This document shows positions 26,448 through 39,693 of a DNA stretch of 64,000 nt, piece by piece. The notes under the pieces were generated by a model that made no database searches, was not told the origin of the DNA, and saw only the letters and a program-made list of their open reading frames with translations. A program made the translations under genes and the position numbers. Every line of letters starts with the position of its first letter. Positions within the stretch are counted from its first letter, which is position 1. Origin of the DNA: Epiperipatus broadwayi (Eukaryota; Animalia; Onychophora); contig JAQFVV010000011.1 in the NCBI GenBank assembly GCA_028023455.1, positions 1,178,001-1,242,000 on the forward strand, read 5' to 3'.

Positions 26448-26760
26448 TTAATATTGTTTAATATTAAATATATACACGTGTGATCGCAGTATGTGAAATC
26501 ATCACAATATATATATATACTGTTGTGTATGTTGTGTTGGCGTGGTTGAAGTTAGTCTTCTATGGAGTTGTTCAGTATATTCTAATATTTTTGATGGTGG
26601 TGGCTGGTTTCTAACTAGGTGGATGTTAAATGATAGTATGTTTATGAAAACTTGATACTGTTATATAGGATCTAAATTGATTGATTATAGTTTGTTTAGC
26701 ATTATATAGTGTGCCAAGGCCAATTTGGCACATGTATATAAAATAATTTTGTCTAAAAAA
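26448..26760 (-). mobile_element. Probable continuation of the L1/Tx1 ORF2 upstream of the LTR insertion
   Basis: Excising the LTR element and one TSD restores an open minus frame (YLILNNIKYKLKYAYDKACDALKDY). Confidence 0.45.
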
Positions 26761-28086
26761 AATATTAAAATAAAAAAAAATCTTCTGTAAAAGAGTTGAA
26801 ATAAAAGTTGAAAAATAATTGATTAAAAGTGGGAAGGGTTTTTTATTAAAGTTAAACTAAAGGTTTTATAAAAAGGAAGTAAAGAGTTTATTATTATTAG
26901 TTGAAATACAATTTAAAAGGTTTAATATATATATAAATCTCTTCATTTAAATTAAAGAAGAAAAATAATCTTAAAACTATTTTTGATTTTAGAATAGTAA
27001 AATATATATGTGCGTGTGAATGTAAATAAATGTAAGTTGTTAAAAAGAGATATAATAAATGCGTGTTAAAATCATATTGAAAAACACATGAAAATATTGA
27101 AATGAAATATATTTAAAAACACAGCGGTGGGCTACTAAAGATATACAAAAAAAATACGTTTATGAAAGCTACTACTAATTAAACAATCGTCAAAAACACG
27201 TTGTCATAGGATTAATTACCAATGGAATTCAACAACAGATATTTGCCGGAGGATCCTACATGGACAACATATCGCAGGCATAAATAGACTTTTTTTTATC
27301 GGATAATTAATTGAGTTTTTTCAATCTAGTTTGCAGTGACAGTCTTATTTCAGTTCAGACAACAGTGCAGTTTCTATTATGTATCCAGAAACAAAAACGC
27401 ATTGTTGAGCAGCTTTTGGAAATATACGCTTGTGCTTCAGCCTTTTTAGTCCAACAAGATCATCAAAACCTGCCTGTGAAATAATGTCTGCCTAACAACT
27501 CAGAAATCCTCCGTCAAATGTTCAACTGTTTTCAAGAATAAAGCCAATGGATTCGCATAAAATCTCTTCAAGAAATGTCCAAATCTAACCGGTTAGATAT
27601 AATCCATCAGAAGCAGCCAACAACAAGCAATATCCACATTCCAAAAATCCTAGGTAAACATTTATTTATTATCATTTATACGTAGTAGCCACCGCTGTAA
27701 TTCATTAATCCTACCGAGTAAAGTAATTTGAACTCTTAAGCATGCATAAAATGAACTATTGATATGCGTGTGGGTGAATGTGAAATAATTTAACGATGTC
27801 ACATATTATTTAAGCTTTTCACCAGATATGTTATAATGTGTTAATTTAAAAAATGTGCGTGTATTAAATTAGATTATCAAGATGTTTAAATTTAGTAAAT
27901 TAATGTTGGTTTATAAATTATCTTTAAAAATTAATTAATGTTGATTAAAATAAATTGTCTTCAAACTTAAACTTCATTTGTCGGTCAATTCTTTTTACCA
28001 ACCTTTTTTATTAATTCTTTCCACTAATAATTTTGTATAACTTTGTTATTGAATAAAAATTAGACTGAGCTAGTTTTAGGGAATGT

Positions 28087-28273
28087 TTCGAGCACTGGAT
28101 TATGAGCCTACTGCCCGAATATGTTAGTCCTTGGACTAGCTGGCACCCCGGGGTTTACTCCGAAACAAATAAAGTATTTGGATAGTAGGGGTTTGAATCT
28201 AGCAGCCGAGGTGGGCCATTGTTGATAGTTAAAGCTATCAATAAGATCTCCCATTTTGCTCGAACGTGCCGGC
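28087..28273 (+). other. Unassigned ~190-nt structured segment with potential pseudoknot
   Basis: Several perfect short stems plus two crossing 8-bp helices (see findings). Confidence 0.4.
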
Positions 28274-28399
28274 TCGTTCACGTAACATTTACAAAATTAT
28301 AAATGTATTATGAAGGAGTTTGAAACCGGTCAAAACTTATGTATACATATAAGTAAGTGGTTTCAGCAGTTCGACCTGGTACAATAGGATTCCAAAAAC

Positions 28400-30870
28400 A
28401 GAAATTCAGTTATAGCTGCAAGTAGTAAGATTCTTATTGTTCTTGTGAGTGGAAGTGTGGTCATCTGTATATTATTCATGCTGATTGTGATCATTTGGCC
28501 AGAATGATCAGAAAAACTTGTTGGCATAAGTTTAATCATGATGAAATGATGCAATACTGGCGAATAAAAACATAGATCAATTAGAGATGCAAACCGGCTT
28601 TTGTGAAATATCGCATCTGCAGGCAGGAAGCCTTGGCCACTCATAAGTGGAACTGCTATTTTGTGTATCCATTTCTATGTAAATTGCTGGTATGATGCAT
28701 TACAGTTACCGACTAGAATTGTCGGGTATCCTGTGGCTGCTAGCCTTGAATTTATGGTTATTATTTCAATTTTTGTGTTTTGTATTGGTATGTAGATAAA
28801 TACTACATTGATTGTGATGATTTTGTGAATAAAAGTAACAATTAGTAAATGTGAATCTATGAGTTATTTTGAAAGTTAGGAATGGGCAGATATTGTTAAT
28901 TATTATGCCAGTGCCTGCCATGCTAGCCTTGGAGCATGCACAAAACTCCTCAGCATTTAGGTATCTGCTGGGATCTACTTTTGATGCCACATATATCTTG
29001 ATTTCAAGCAGCCCTATGTGGCCTTGTCTCTTTGATCCCGTTTTTAATTTTTTACAATTTGGAGATCGTATTTAAACCTCTAACATTAATTGCTGCTCTT
29101 TTTATTATCATTATAATTTTGTTGGAGTGTATTGTTATTTTAATCTCTGTTGTTCATTGATAGTATCTTAGATGCATCTACATAGTCCAGCTCTATTTCA
29201 TCAGAAAATTCACCTGAATGACAAAGTGGGTTGGTTTGATCATTATATATTTATTTTTTTTATATGTCTAATCATATTTGGGGATCAGCCTGGCTCTTTT
29301 TTGTTCTACTTCTTATTTGGAGATCGGCCTGGCTTTTTTTTTTTTGCTCTACTTCTACTGATATATTTTGTGATATATCTGTAGTTATTTCTTTCATGAT
29401 TTGTGTGCTAGCCTTATTTATTATTCTTGAAGTTTGTAGTGTATTCCAATCATTATTTATTTTGATATTATTGAGTAACTGTTTCATTCATTGCCATCCA
29501 TTTCATTTTTGCTTTTTTTTGTTTACCTGACCTTCGAGTCTCTTTATCTTGTTCTGAAGGTTTATTATGCACCATATTTGGTGCTTGCTGATCAATTCGT
29601 GAGTTTGTCTTATTATCTTGTTTTGGGTGTTTGGTTGATCTGATTCCTGCAAGCTCATTTGGTCTTGAGTTTGATATATTTATATTATTAGATGTTTTTT
29701 TTTTCCTTTTTGTTTTTTTCCATTTCAATGTCTATTTTTTTAATCTTAATGATATCTGTATATTCACTATTTTTTATATTTAGTTCTTTATTCACCTTTC
29801 CCATTTTATTTATTGTCTGCTTAGCATTATTTTGTGGTCTGTCTAATAGCATTGCCTCATCTTTCATGGTAGGTCTCAGATCTATTCCCTGCTCTAGTTT
29901 CTCTCATGGCAGATCAGCTGAGGTTGTTTTTATTGTTTGTGCAGTTTACTGCTAGATGCCCTCTAATTCCACAACCATAGCATTGTGGTCTCAGGACTTT
30001 TATTTGAAGTCAAAATAGCTTCCTGGTCTATTATTTGTTTAGGGAAGTTTTCAGGATTGATGTTGTCATTTAGCTTAATTTTAAAATGAAAACTGTTGGT
30101 GTAGATTGGAATAGGTGGGTCTGTGCAGTAGATAAGTTCGATATATATGGGTTGACCAAATGGCTGTATTAATTTTGTAAAATCTTGCATATTATAGCCA
30201 AAGTATTTCTCAATGTTCCTGTGTAATAATTTTGTTACTATAATGAGAGCATAATTTTGGAGTGATTTAATTTTATCTTGGAACTCTGCACATTGCTTTT
30301 CGTTAAAGAGATCAACCGCTATATGTATCTAGAATTTGGGTGGTCTCCGATTGTTTGTATGTCATGCCACATTTGTTTCTCATCTATTTCTTTATATAGG
30401 AGGTCCCTTGAGAATTTATATAAAGTTAATTTTTTGTGAGTAACCGTTAATACTATAGATTTATTCGAGAAGAATTTCTTAAATGTTTTAAATAATTTTT
30501 GGGGTATGGTTTCATTGGAATTTTGGTTGATCTCTTTCAAATCTTTTTCAGTCCACGTTTGGAATTCCGGTTCATTATAATTTTCATTGCCTTCGCCTAT
30601 ATTCTCAATGTCATTTTTGTTGGCTCTTCTAAATATTATAGTTTGTGTTGATTCTACATATTTTTTTTAAAAAAAGAGAGATTTGTTTTTATCATATTTG
30701 CATACGTTTTAGCATTCCCTGCATTGTTTGAATTTGTGCTAATTTCTTTACGTTATCTAATATAAGATTTTTTCTCTGGATGCCATGTTTGCTTTTTGTT
30801 CTTAGTTTTATATAATAAAAGTAAATTTGTTTTACCTTTTTGACAGAAAAAATTCCCTTGGGTGTGTGGG
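28400..30870 (-). mobile_element. L1/Tx1-type LINE 5' half: ORF1 (CCHC zinc knuckle) and APE endonuclease, decayed
   Basis: CYGCGIRGHLAVNC (C-x2-C-x4-H-x4-C, ~29982-29941); APE motifs AINVRGLN (~29085-29062), MAGTGIIIN, HKSRFASLIDLCF, SFSDH (~28510); RT absent. Confidence 0.85.
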
Positions 30871-31699
30871 TTTTTTTTCTTACTTCTTAATGAGTTATGT
30901 TCTATTCAAAATTTTGTACTTTTTATTACTTTCTGTGACTTTTTGGTAGCACTAATAAAAATATCTACATCGCCGATTAAATAACAGGACCGCATTCACA
31001 CAAATATATTTTTTATTACAGCTACATAAATAACATCACTATATTTTATTTCTGAAATATTATTTCGAAATTGTAAATATCAGTAAAACAACACATACAA
31101 ATAGAGAGATAATAAAAAAAGCTATTTTAAATTAAAACGATAATAATATTCAAACTTTAAATAATATTTTAATTCATTGAACTTTACTAAATTTAAGATA
31201 TTATTTTTTAAAAAGTACATTAAAATTTTTTAAACATGTTGAATGAATTTTTGAATAAGTACAAACCCAAAACATCAGAATAAACTAGGAGAATGTATAC
31301 AGTATATCACATTTTAATTACAAAGCAAATTGTATAATATATGTAATATTCTATATGCAATTACAAATTTTTTTTTTATGTGGAGAAAATATAAACAATA
31401 TAAAATATATAATTTTAATGCATTGATTATTTTCTGTGCAGAGCAAAATATTAAGGTTAGTTTTTTTATATTTTCTCCTCTTGAAACATTTTTATAACTA
31501 AGATGTCCTGAATTTAAGACTGCACCCCCTTTTTAGGGGTCCAAAATTTGGGGAAAAAAGTTTACCCCTGAATTTAAGATGCAGTAGGATTTTAAGCCAG
31601 AAAATAAATTTATAAAACATTTTCTATTAAAATCTGAATCATTCTTCTTAAATAATTTATATTTGTACAAATATTTTCTGGGGAAAAAAAAATCTCAAA

Positions 31700-32436
31700 T
31701 CAGCAAAATAACGTTAAAAGATTTTAAAACATTAATTTCACTTTAAAATCAAAACAAAAATTCCAGAACTATCAAAATTTTAACAGGAATTCCCTTGTGT
31801 ACAGAACAAAAAAAACCCAACTATACAACACCTTGGAAGGTAGGCTCTTATCTCATTATGTATATTGATTTGTTAGTTGCAACAAAATTTTAAAGGTTAT
31901 TTGGTACAAAATAATGGTAAAATTCAGCAAAATAACATTAAAGTATTCTAAAACATTCATTTTCACTTTAAAATCAAAACAAAAATTCTGGAATTGTCAA
32001 AATTTTTACAGGGGCTCCCTTGTGTATGGAACAAGAAACAAACAATCAATGCTTTGTAAGCCAGGCTCTTATCTCATTGTGTATATTAAAATGCTAGTTG
32101 TAAAAAAATTCTAAAGGTCTTAAAACATTCGTTTTCACTTCAAAAATCAAAATGAAAATATCGGAACTGTCAACATTAGCAAAATAGCTTTAAAAGATTC
32201 TAAAACATTTATTTTCACTTGAAAAATCAAAATTAAAATACAAGAATTGTCAACAACTGCAAAATAACGTTAAAAGATTCTAAAACATTTGTCTACATGT
32301 TGAAAACCAAAATGAAAATATTGGAATTGTCAACATTAGCAAAATAGTGTTTAAAGATTCTAAAACATTTGTTTTCACTTTAAAAATCAACATCAAAATA
32401 TTGAAATTGTCAATATTGGCAAGATAACATTAAAAA
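31700..32436. repeat. 80-bp minisatellite (4 exact-period units 32111-32436) preceded by two ~220-bp related units
   Basis: taaaacatt recurs at 32121, 32201, 32281, 32361; gcaaaataac.ttaaa motif also at ~31703 and ~31927. Confidence 0.85.
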
Positions 32437-33140
32437 TAACAGTTTGAGGGGGAGGGGTTAAAGCCATTTATAAAATTAATCCAAAAATATTGATTCAAAA
32501 TGATTTAACATGCTATTTTACACATGTAACTATCATAATACTATATGCATGTATAGCATAAAGCACAGCATAAAGCAAATATTCACGGAAATAAGTTGTT
32601 AAAAATTTGTTTCAAATTTAAGATGCACCCCTTTTTAGGGATTCAAAATTTGGAAAAAAAAGTTCATCATATTCTAGTAGTATGGTATATATATTACTGA
32701 ACTACCACCATTTGTATACATCATATAAAAGCATTCCAACAAAACTTATACTTTAAGGTTGGTGCTTGTATTATAGATAAAGATGCCGTTGGATGGCGCC
32801 ATTTTCATGCTAAAACTATAAAATATGAACATTCATGGGCCGTTGATTTTAATAATTTTTCTGTGCTTTTTTGTAATGCAAAAATAAAAACAAAACAAAA
32901 TCGTCTTTTTTAAATATTATTTTTTATTAACATATACAATTTAAGTGATAATAATAAATGTAAAATAAAATCAACAAATTACAATTTGATTCGTGTTTTA
33001 TATATCGTATACTTTTTAAATTGTGTTACGGCTTTTTTTTTATCAATTTTCTATTGGATATTTTTTTACTTGTGTTACGACTTTTTTTGTTGTTGTTTAA
33101 CTAAAAAATATTAATTGTAATAAAAGTAAAAGTTGTTACG

Positions 33141-33250
33141 GTTAGATTTAGGGTTAGTTTTAGGGTTAGTTTAGGGTTAGTTTAGGGTTAGCTTTAGGGT
33201 TAGTTTTAGGGTTAGTTTAGGGTTAGATTTAGGGTTAGTTTTAGGGTTAG
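33141..33250 (+). repeat. Telomere-like 11-12-nt tandem repeat (TTTAGGGTTAG)n
   Basis: Nine GGG-containing units with 1-nt length variation. Confidence 0.9.
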
Positions 33251-35039
33251 TGTTCTGTTTGTTTGTAATGCTAAAATAAAAAAATTCAAAATCGTAACCG
33301 TACTCGGACAGAAGAAAGAAACTCAAACTTTTTTTAAATAACAACAAACACATGTCTTCTTTACTTATTAACATGTTTATAATATTTTCTTTTTATTAAA
33401 TTTACAAAAAAACCAGTATATTTGGACTTTTCTTACTGGATTTTTTTTTCTTACCGCTCTTTTTTACTTCAAAAATATACAGACGGTAGAATCTTCTTTG
33501 TCACGTTACCTAATTGCAACTCAATAAAAACATAAATATTTAATATTTTACCAAATAAAAGTTCACTACAGTACGTTGTAAAAAGTCTTATAATTATTGT
33601 TTTAAAAATTCTGAACATTTCAATAGTTTAAAATAAAAAAAAATCCAATGAAAACAACATTTCAATACAATTCAAATACAAACTCTCTCATCAAGCCGTA
33701 ATTATTTTATAAATTGTGCGAATTCGGAAAATGTATTTGCAGCTATGCGACATACATGCTGTACTGTGATGCAACATAGCAGCCTGCATTCTGTAGCACA
33801 ACAAAAAAGTTGTATTATAGAAAATGCGGGTTCGAACATGTCGGCCGCGGAAACAGCATTTTTTTGTGTTTTGGCACAAAAACCACGCCATTGAGTGGTG
33901 CCTTTAGCTATAAGATGAGTACCTTAATGTTTATTTTAATAACTTAGTATAGTTTCAACAAATTAGTATCATATTTATTGATTATCAACTGATAACAAAT
34001 CGAACATTAAATAACATTTAAAGGACTCTTCTTTTTTTTTATGTGAATAATATTGATTTTCTAATTCTTCACGTATTCATTTTATACTCTTTGACTTTAT
34101 TCTTTCTACCATTTCTTCCTTTGTAAACCACTTCAACAATACCTGGATCATACCAATGTCTATATTTGGTGCAATTTATTTTCATAGTTTTAATAAAAAT
34201 ATAATTTTTTTGATTGTAATACAAACAGGCCACTATAACCTGACCTTGTACTAGATCTCACCAAAACACTCTGCATCAGACCTCTCACAAAAATAAGCCT
34301 ATCATGCAATATAAAGCCATATTAATAAATTATAAGGAAATAGTAATACTTTACCATCTCTATAAAAGATTATATTAAACCTTGCATCACCAAAAAAGAA
34401 CAAAAAGATTTTATTAGAATTGATTATTTAAATAGGAATCTTTGATAACTTGATCAGTTGGTACATTGAATTATCATTGATCAGGGTAGTGATGCTTAAA
34501 GAAAAACAATCTGAAACACTGTGTTCTATACTAACTGAATGCTCATTGATATTCATGAGCTTAAACAGTTACCAATTTAATTTCTGAGCTATACTGTGCT
34601 GTTAAGGCAGAAACACCTGGAGAAATGGATTAAAAAAAACCATCTGAAACTATGTGGTTTATACTAAAATCACATGTATTTAGAGAAATATAAATAAAAT
34701 TTAATTATTAAATAATGTGCCTAAATGTTGGAAATAGTCTAAGATATAAGCATCAGTCAAGATAAATATCATACTTATTATTAACAAATAAAACATAATC
34801 AAAATGACAGATTTCTAAATACATTTAAAAAAGGATAAATATTCTGCAACAAATTTTATATCAATACTTAAAAGAAAATTATTTAAAAAATGTTTACAAA
34901 GTTGCACTTCTATACCTAAAGTCATAAAGATATCAGATGACTATCACGTGATTCCATCATAAACATTTTTATTATTCTTTTTTTTTTTTTTGACCACTTA
35001 ATGTAAGCTTAATAACTAATAAATGCCAGATGATAGTGC

Positions 35040-35400
35040 TTATTAAATCCTTAACCAGTGCTAGTCTATATAATATCCTTGGATTAATTTGTAGCTTATA
35101 GCTTTCTTCAATGAGGAGCTTTGAATTGTAAACTAATGCATCTGAACCTTTAGGATTTAATACACCTTCCTTCAAGCAGCCATCTTTTACTTTTCAATTT
35201 TACTATCAAGCTGTCATCCCAAATTGAAACCTATAACTTTGGGCTAATAGCTTGATAATAAAATGAAAAATAAAAAATGGCTGCTAGAAGGAAATCACAC
35301 TAGATTCTAGAGGTCCAGGTGCAACGTTCCAAAATCCAAAGCTATAAATTAGTCCAGGGTTATAGAATTGGTTAGCATTGGTTAAGGAATTCATAAACAG
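35040..35400. mobile_element. Family B fold-back (5'-part arms, decayed hammerhead)
   Basis: gcagccatcttttac..tatcaagct / agcttgata..atggctgc and tccttaaccagtgcta / tagcattggttaagga inverted arms; similar to 2990-3090. Confidence 0.55.
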
Positions 35401-35805
35401 TAACATCTGCAATTTATTAATTTTAACAGAGGTGGGAAAAAAAAATTCATTCTCTTACTCTTTGTTAAACCTGAAATCAGTTAAAAAATTGTCTACTTAA
35501 TTAAGTTTTTTTATATCAATAAGTCTAATGATTATTTTTTTTTATATAAGATATTAGATTAAACAAGTTCATAATGTTTGTTTCAGAAGAAGTCACATAA
35601 ATTTATAATTGCACATTACAAGAAAAAAAAAAAGAAAAAAAAGAGAAGGAAGAAGAAAAAGAAGAAGCAATATTATCTTTATACTATATAAACATATATT
35701 GTAAATATAAGTAATAAATGCACTCAAGATGATAATACCAACTAAATTATTAGTATAATCCAATGCTAAAAAGCAATGGATCATATCTACACACCCAATA
35801 TCTAT

Positions 35806-38303
35806 TGAAACAGTAAGATTCATTTCGAATCTTAAGTTTCACCTTTTTCTGTCATCTCTCACTGACCGGTCTATCCCGCCCAAATTTAAACTTTTTGGTA
35901 TCGAATTGTGTGTGTAGCAATATTAAAATGTATAAATATATGTAGAATTCAGCATAAACATGCACACATTTCGATCTCAAATTAAAGGCAATAAATAGGG
36001 ATAAAATCATATAATTTAGATTTCTTTTAGCTATATAATTTTGTATAATTTTAATCATTTATTTTGGATTATAAAGTTCATATTTATTGCTTTGTTTAAA
36101 TTTCGTTTAATAATAATTCTAAAAAAATCTGATGTAATATTTAATTAAAAGTTAAAATAATCTTATGTTTCCTTTTTGTCTTTGAAATTGAAAAGCATCG
36201 GTCAGTGATAGATAATAGATTAATTAAAGAAAAATTCCCCAAAATATAATTAGTAAATGTAAAATGTAAACAATAGAACGGCAGCTTTCTTTAATTAAAA
36301 AACCCAACAAAATGCATTGATTATCCTCAGGGCAGATTAAGTAGAACCTAAAAATATCTTAACAAAAATGTGAAGATCAAGATAAAAAAAAAAAGGCCAT
36401 CTTAGACTTGCTGGAGACATTCACTTAAACTTTAGCTTTGCCCTCTATCACTGAGAGTCTCCAAAAATAATAAAATAATTTGTTCCTGCCAAGGTATGAC
36501 TGAGTAAAGCACCTAGATTATTCTCCATCGGGAGATGGCCTATCGGATGCCGAACTTTCCATTGCCCATCATAAATTCACCATGAAGATCTGCTGCCTGA
36601 AATAAATGAAAAAGCTGCTGCTGCTGTGAAATTAAATGAAATATCTAAATACAAGAAAGACTTGCCACTCGTGAACTTTTTGCTGCTAAACTAATGGAAT
36701 CAGAAAACTTACAAAACAGGTACCTGTCTGTGTTCAAACTCTAGAGTACTCTAATAATATGCTATAGCTCTTCTTCATAATACTTATCTCAATTATAAAA
36801 TGTAAAAACTACCATATGAATAATTAACTTAATGTGTAAATTTCTCTAATAATCTAGCTTACCTCACTCTAGCTTTCTTGGGTGCGTATTTCTATAATCT
36901 ACATTTTTATCTAAAGTTATTATTTAATTATTGCATGCTCATAATTGTCTCAAATTTCAAAGTTTAAATCCATGATCACTTAAAACAATGAATGCATGTC
37001 CAATTTTCATTAATATTTACTTTCCTAAATAACTTTACTTTCATATAAATCGACACGCATTCAGTGCATCATTTATTGTAATGCAGGGTCTACTACTTCG
37101 CTGGCATATTAGTTGTAATAACTCCCAGTTTATATATATTTTGTATTTATTAAATCTAATGAATAATTCTAGAAAATCCCATTTCTTTGAGAGTCGCCAG
37201 AGTTCTTGAGTAAATGTTGGTAATGTAGGGCCAAGTCAGAAACCTATTTAAATCTCATCATAACCGTTTATACAGTATACATGTGTTACGTTTTAGAGAT
37301 GCGATGACCCATTCCACCGTGAAATTTCCGGATTCTTCAGGGTTGAAATTAACCCCAGTCGTCCTACACAAGCGGGCATAATGGGTGCTCCCATAGGACT
37401 TGACAATGTCAGGCAGCCAGCTGGAAAAACTGCGACACGGACCGCTTGTCCCTGGTTATGCTTATGTGACACCTTACTTCGTCCGGCCGATGGCAGAGAC
37501 CAGCCCGACATTCTTATAAACTCATTCACGGCATTGCAGTTTCGATATACTGCCATTCCATATCGCCTTTCTAAAGCGTACCACGTGTTCCTTTACTTAA
37601 TTTTATTATTCTATATGTCACTCCGCCTCTGCATTATCTTCATAAATCACTCTCAAATAAATGTTTGCCCTTAGTTATAAATAAATATTTTAATTAAATA
37701 AATATATGTCTGCCATTACTCTTATAACCCATACTTTAGACTCTTGCATTGCAAAGGAATAAATCCCTCCAGGCATGCATTAGAAATACTTACTCAAGAA
37801 TTTTAGGTAGCTAGATTACGCCCTCAAATAAATGAATTCCTTTTGTAAACAAATAAATAAATGTATTCTTTAAAATATAATCATGTCGCAAATCCCGCTA
37901 CTGAAGCTTTTAATCCATAAATATTGTTAGTAAATGATCTTATTAAAATGTGTTAATAAATAATTTTAAACTATACGTCTGCAGTTATGTTTCACTTATT
38001 CGATACCCATTCTATATATTTCCTCGATTATGTAAATATGAATGTTTAATTAATATTAGTTTGATTATTGGCTAACTCGAGAATAAAATCATGAGTCTCT
38101 TGCATATCCCTGACCACCGTGCCTAAGGAAATATTTACTAATGTTGCATCAGATGCGTTGTTTCGTGGATTGTATTGTGGAACCGATAAACTATGTTCGA
38201 ACTCAGTACCATGGGTGGCTTCGCTACTCGATGGTGCTGCTGTTCTGTATGGTGGTCGAATTCTGCACTATGTTTACGAGTCACATGTTTTCTGACCGTT
38301 ACA
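35806..38303 (+). repeat. 5' LTR (2498 bp)
   Basis: tgaaacagtaag...gaccgttaca; direct repeat of 40066-42565. Confidence 0.95.
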
Positions 38304-38326
38304 TAGTTAAATTTTTTTTTAGCGTT

Positions 38327-38347
38327 TGGCGCTTTCCAACGTGGAGC
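38327..38347 (+). promoter_or_regulatory. PBS-like site, tRNA-Lys(CUU)-like
   Basis: TGGCGCTTTCCAACGTGGAGC vs TGGCGCCCAACGTGGGGC (3-nt insertion, 1 mismatch); lies 23 nt past the LTR end. Confidence 0.55.
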
Positions 38348-38895
38348 TTTCGATACAAAAAACCCATATATACCCTGAGCAAAATATAACGCATATAAAT
38401 TTCTTTTAGCGTTCGTTACTCGAGTTGGCTAATTATTCTATATATATACGATTTTGGTTTGATAAAAATAATGAAAAAAAAATAAATCGAGTGAAATAAT
38501 GTGGGTCGAGTAAATGAAAGGACAGCAGGCGTAATAACAAATTTAAGGAAAGCAGGGATGTGTGTGTAATTTAAGAAGGAACGAAAATACTCGGATCTAA
38601 TGAAATATTTATATATATATGTCAAAAAAAATAATAATCAGTCACTAAATGAGAAAGCAGGTAGCATTGAATAATTTATTAAAACACCGTTATATATGTA
38701 TCATAGGCAGCAGTAGCTTATACGCGTTACCAGTAGTTCGCTATAATATATATGTTTAATATGTTAAATGCAGCAATATAGAGATAGGGCAATGTAGAGT
38801 AGGTGAGGGCAGCGAAAGAGTGTTATAGGGCCAATATACCGGTGGGGAGTAGTCAAATGCTAATAGTATAAAGAAAATAAATAATATTAAGAAAA

Positions 38896-39693
38896 ATGGA
38901 ATCAGAAAATGACAGAATAGCATCAATGAACTTCAGTCTAAGGTTACTTGAAATATTTAGACAGAATATGCAAGAAATGAAGAAAATGTATGAGGAGGAA
39001 ATGAGAAAAAGAAGAGATGAAGAATCAAGACAGAGACAAGAAGAAGAAAAGATAAGAGTGAGAGAATATCAGGAATTTAAAGACCTTATGTGGAGAGAGT
39101 TAGAAGCTATAAAGGAACATTTTGGAATATCCCCAGCTAGTAAAAAGGAAGAAGAAATTAAAGAAATGGAAAAGGAAAGGGAATTAGAAATACTTGACAA
39201 ACCTATGATAGTAGATGAGCAAATAGACCTTATTCCAATAGATGAAGGTCCACAAGAACCATTGAGTGAAAGCAGTAAAAAAAAGACGAAGATGGACACT
39301 GGCATAACACCAACACGTTTGCATTTTGGTAAAGCGGACTCATTACTGATCAAGACGCCATTACCCATGGATGAACGTGAAATCAATATTGAAACTGACA
39401 GAGTCAAGGCACACCGCCGTCTTACAGAAAGTGCAGAATGGAAATTACGAGCAGATCAGAGAAGCCAACATTTCCAGGTCGGGAACTATGTTTGGGTACG
39501 GAACTCTCAACAAAGTAACTGAGAGAAAAGAGTATATAAAAAGTTCTTTCATTTGTACTGGGGACCCTTTATAATTGATCGCACATGTGGCCCAAATGCA
39601 TATTTATTAAAAGATGGAGATACCATAAAAGGGACATATAATGTATGTAATCTCAAACCATGTAGGCATTATCCACCTGACCCGGGGTTGTAA
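38896..39693 (+). pseudogene. Gag N-terminus fused in frame to integrase C-terminus (one TGA at 39520-39522)
   Basis: E/K/R-rich coiled coil then AHRRL..FQVGNYVWVRN..*EKRVYKKFFHLYWGPFIIDRTCGPNAYLLKDGDTIKGTYNVCNLKP (GPY/F-type integrase C-terminal motif). Confidence 0.85.

Noticed and set aside
28310-28335. Hammerhead at GAAACCGGTC (28322-28331)
   Set aside because: No CUGANGA box or stem II upstream; at most a remnant.
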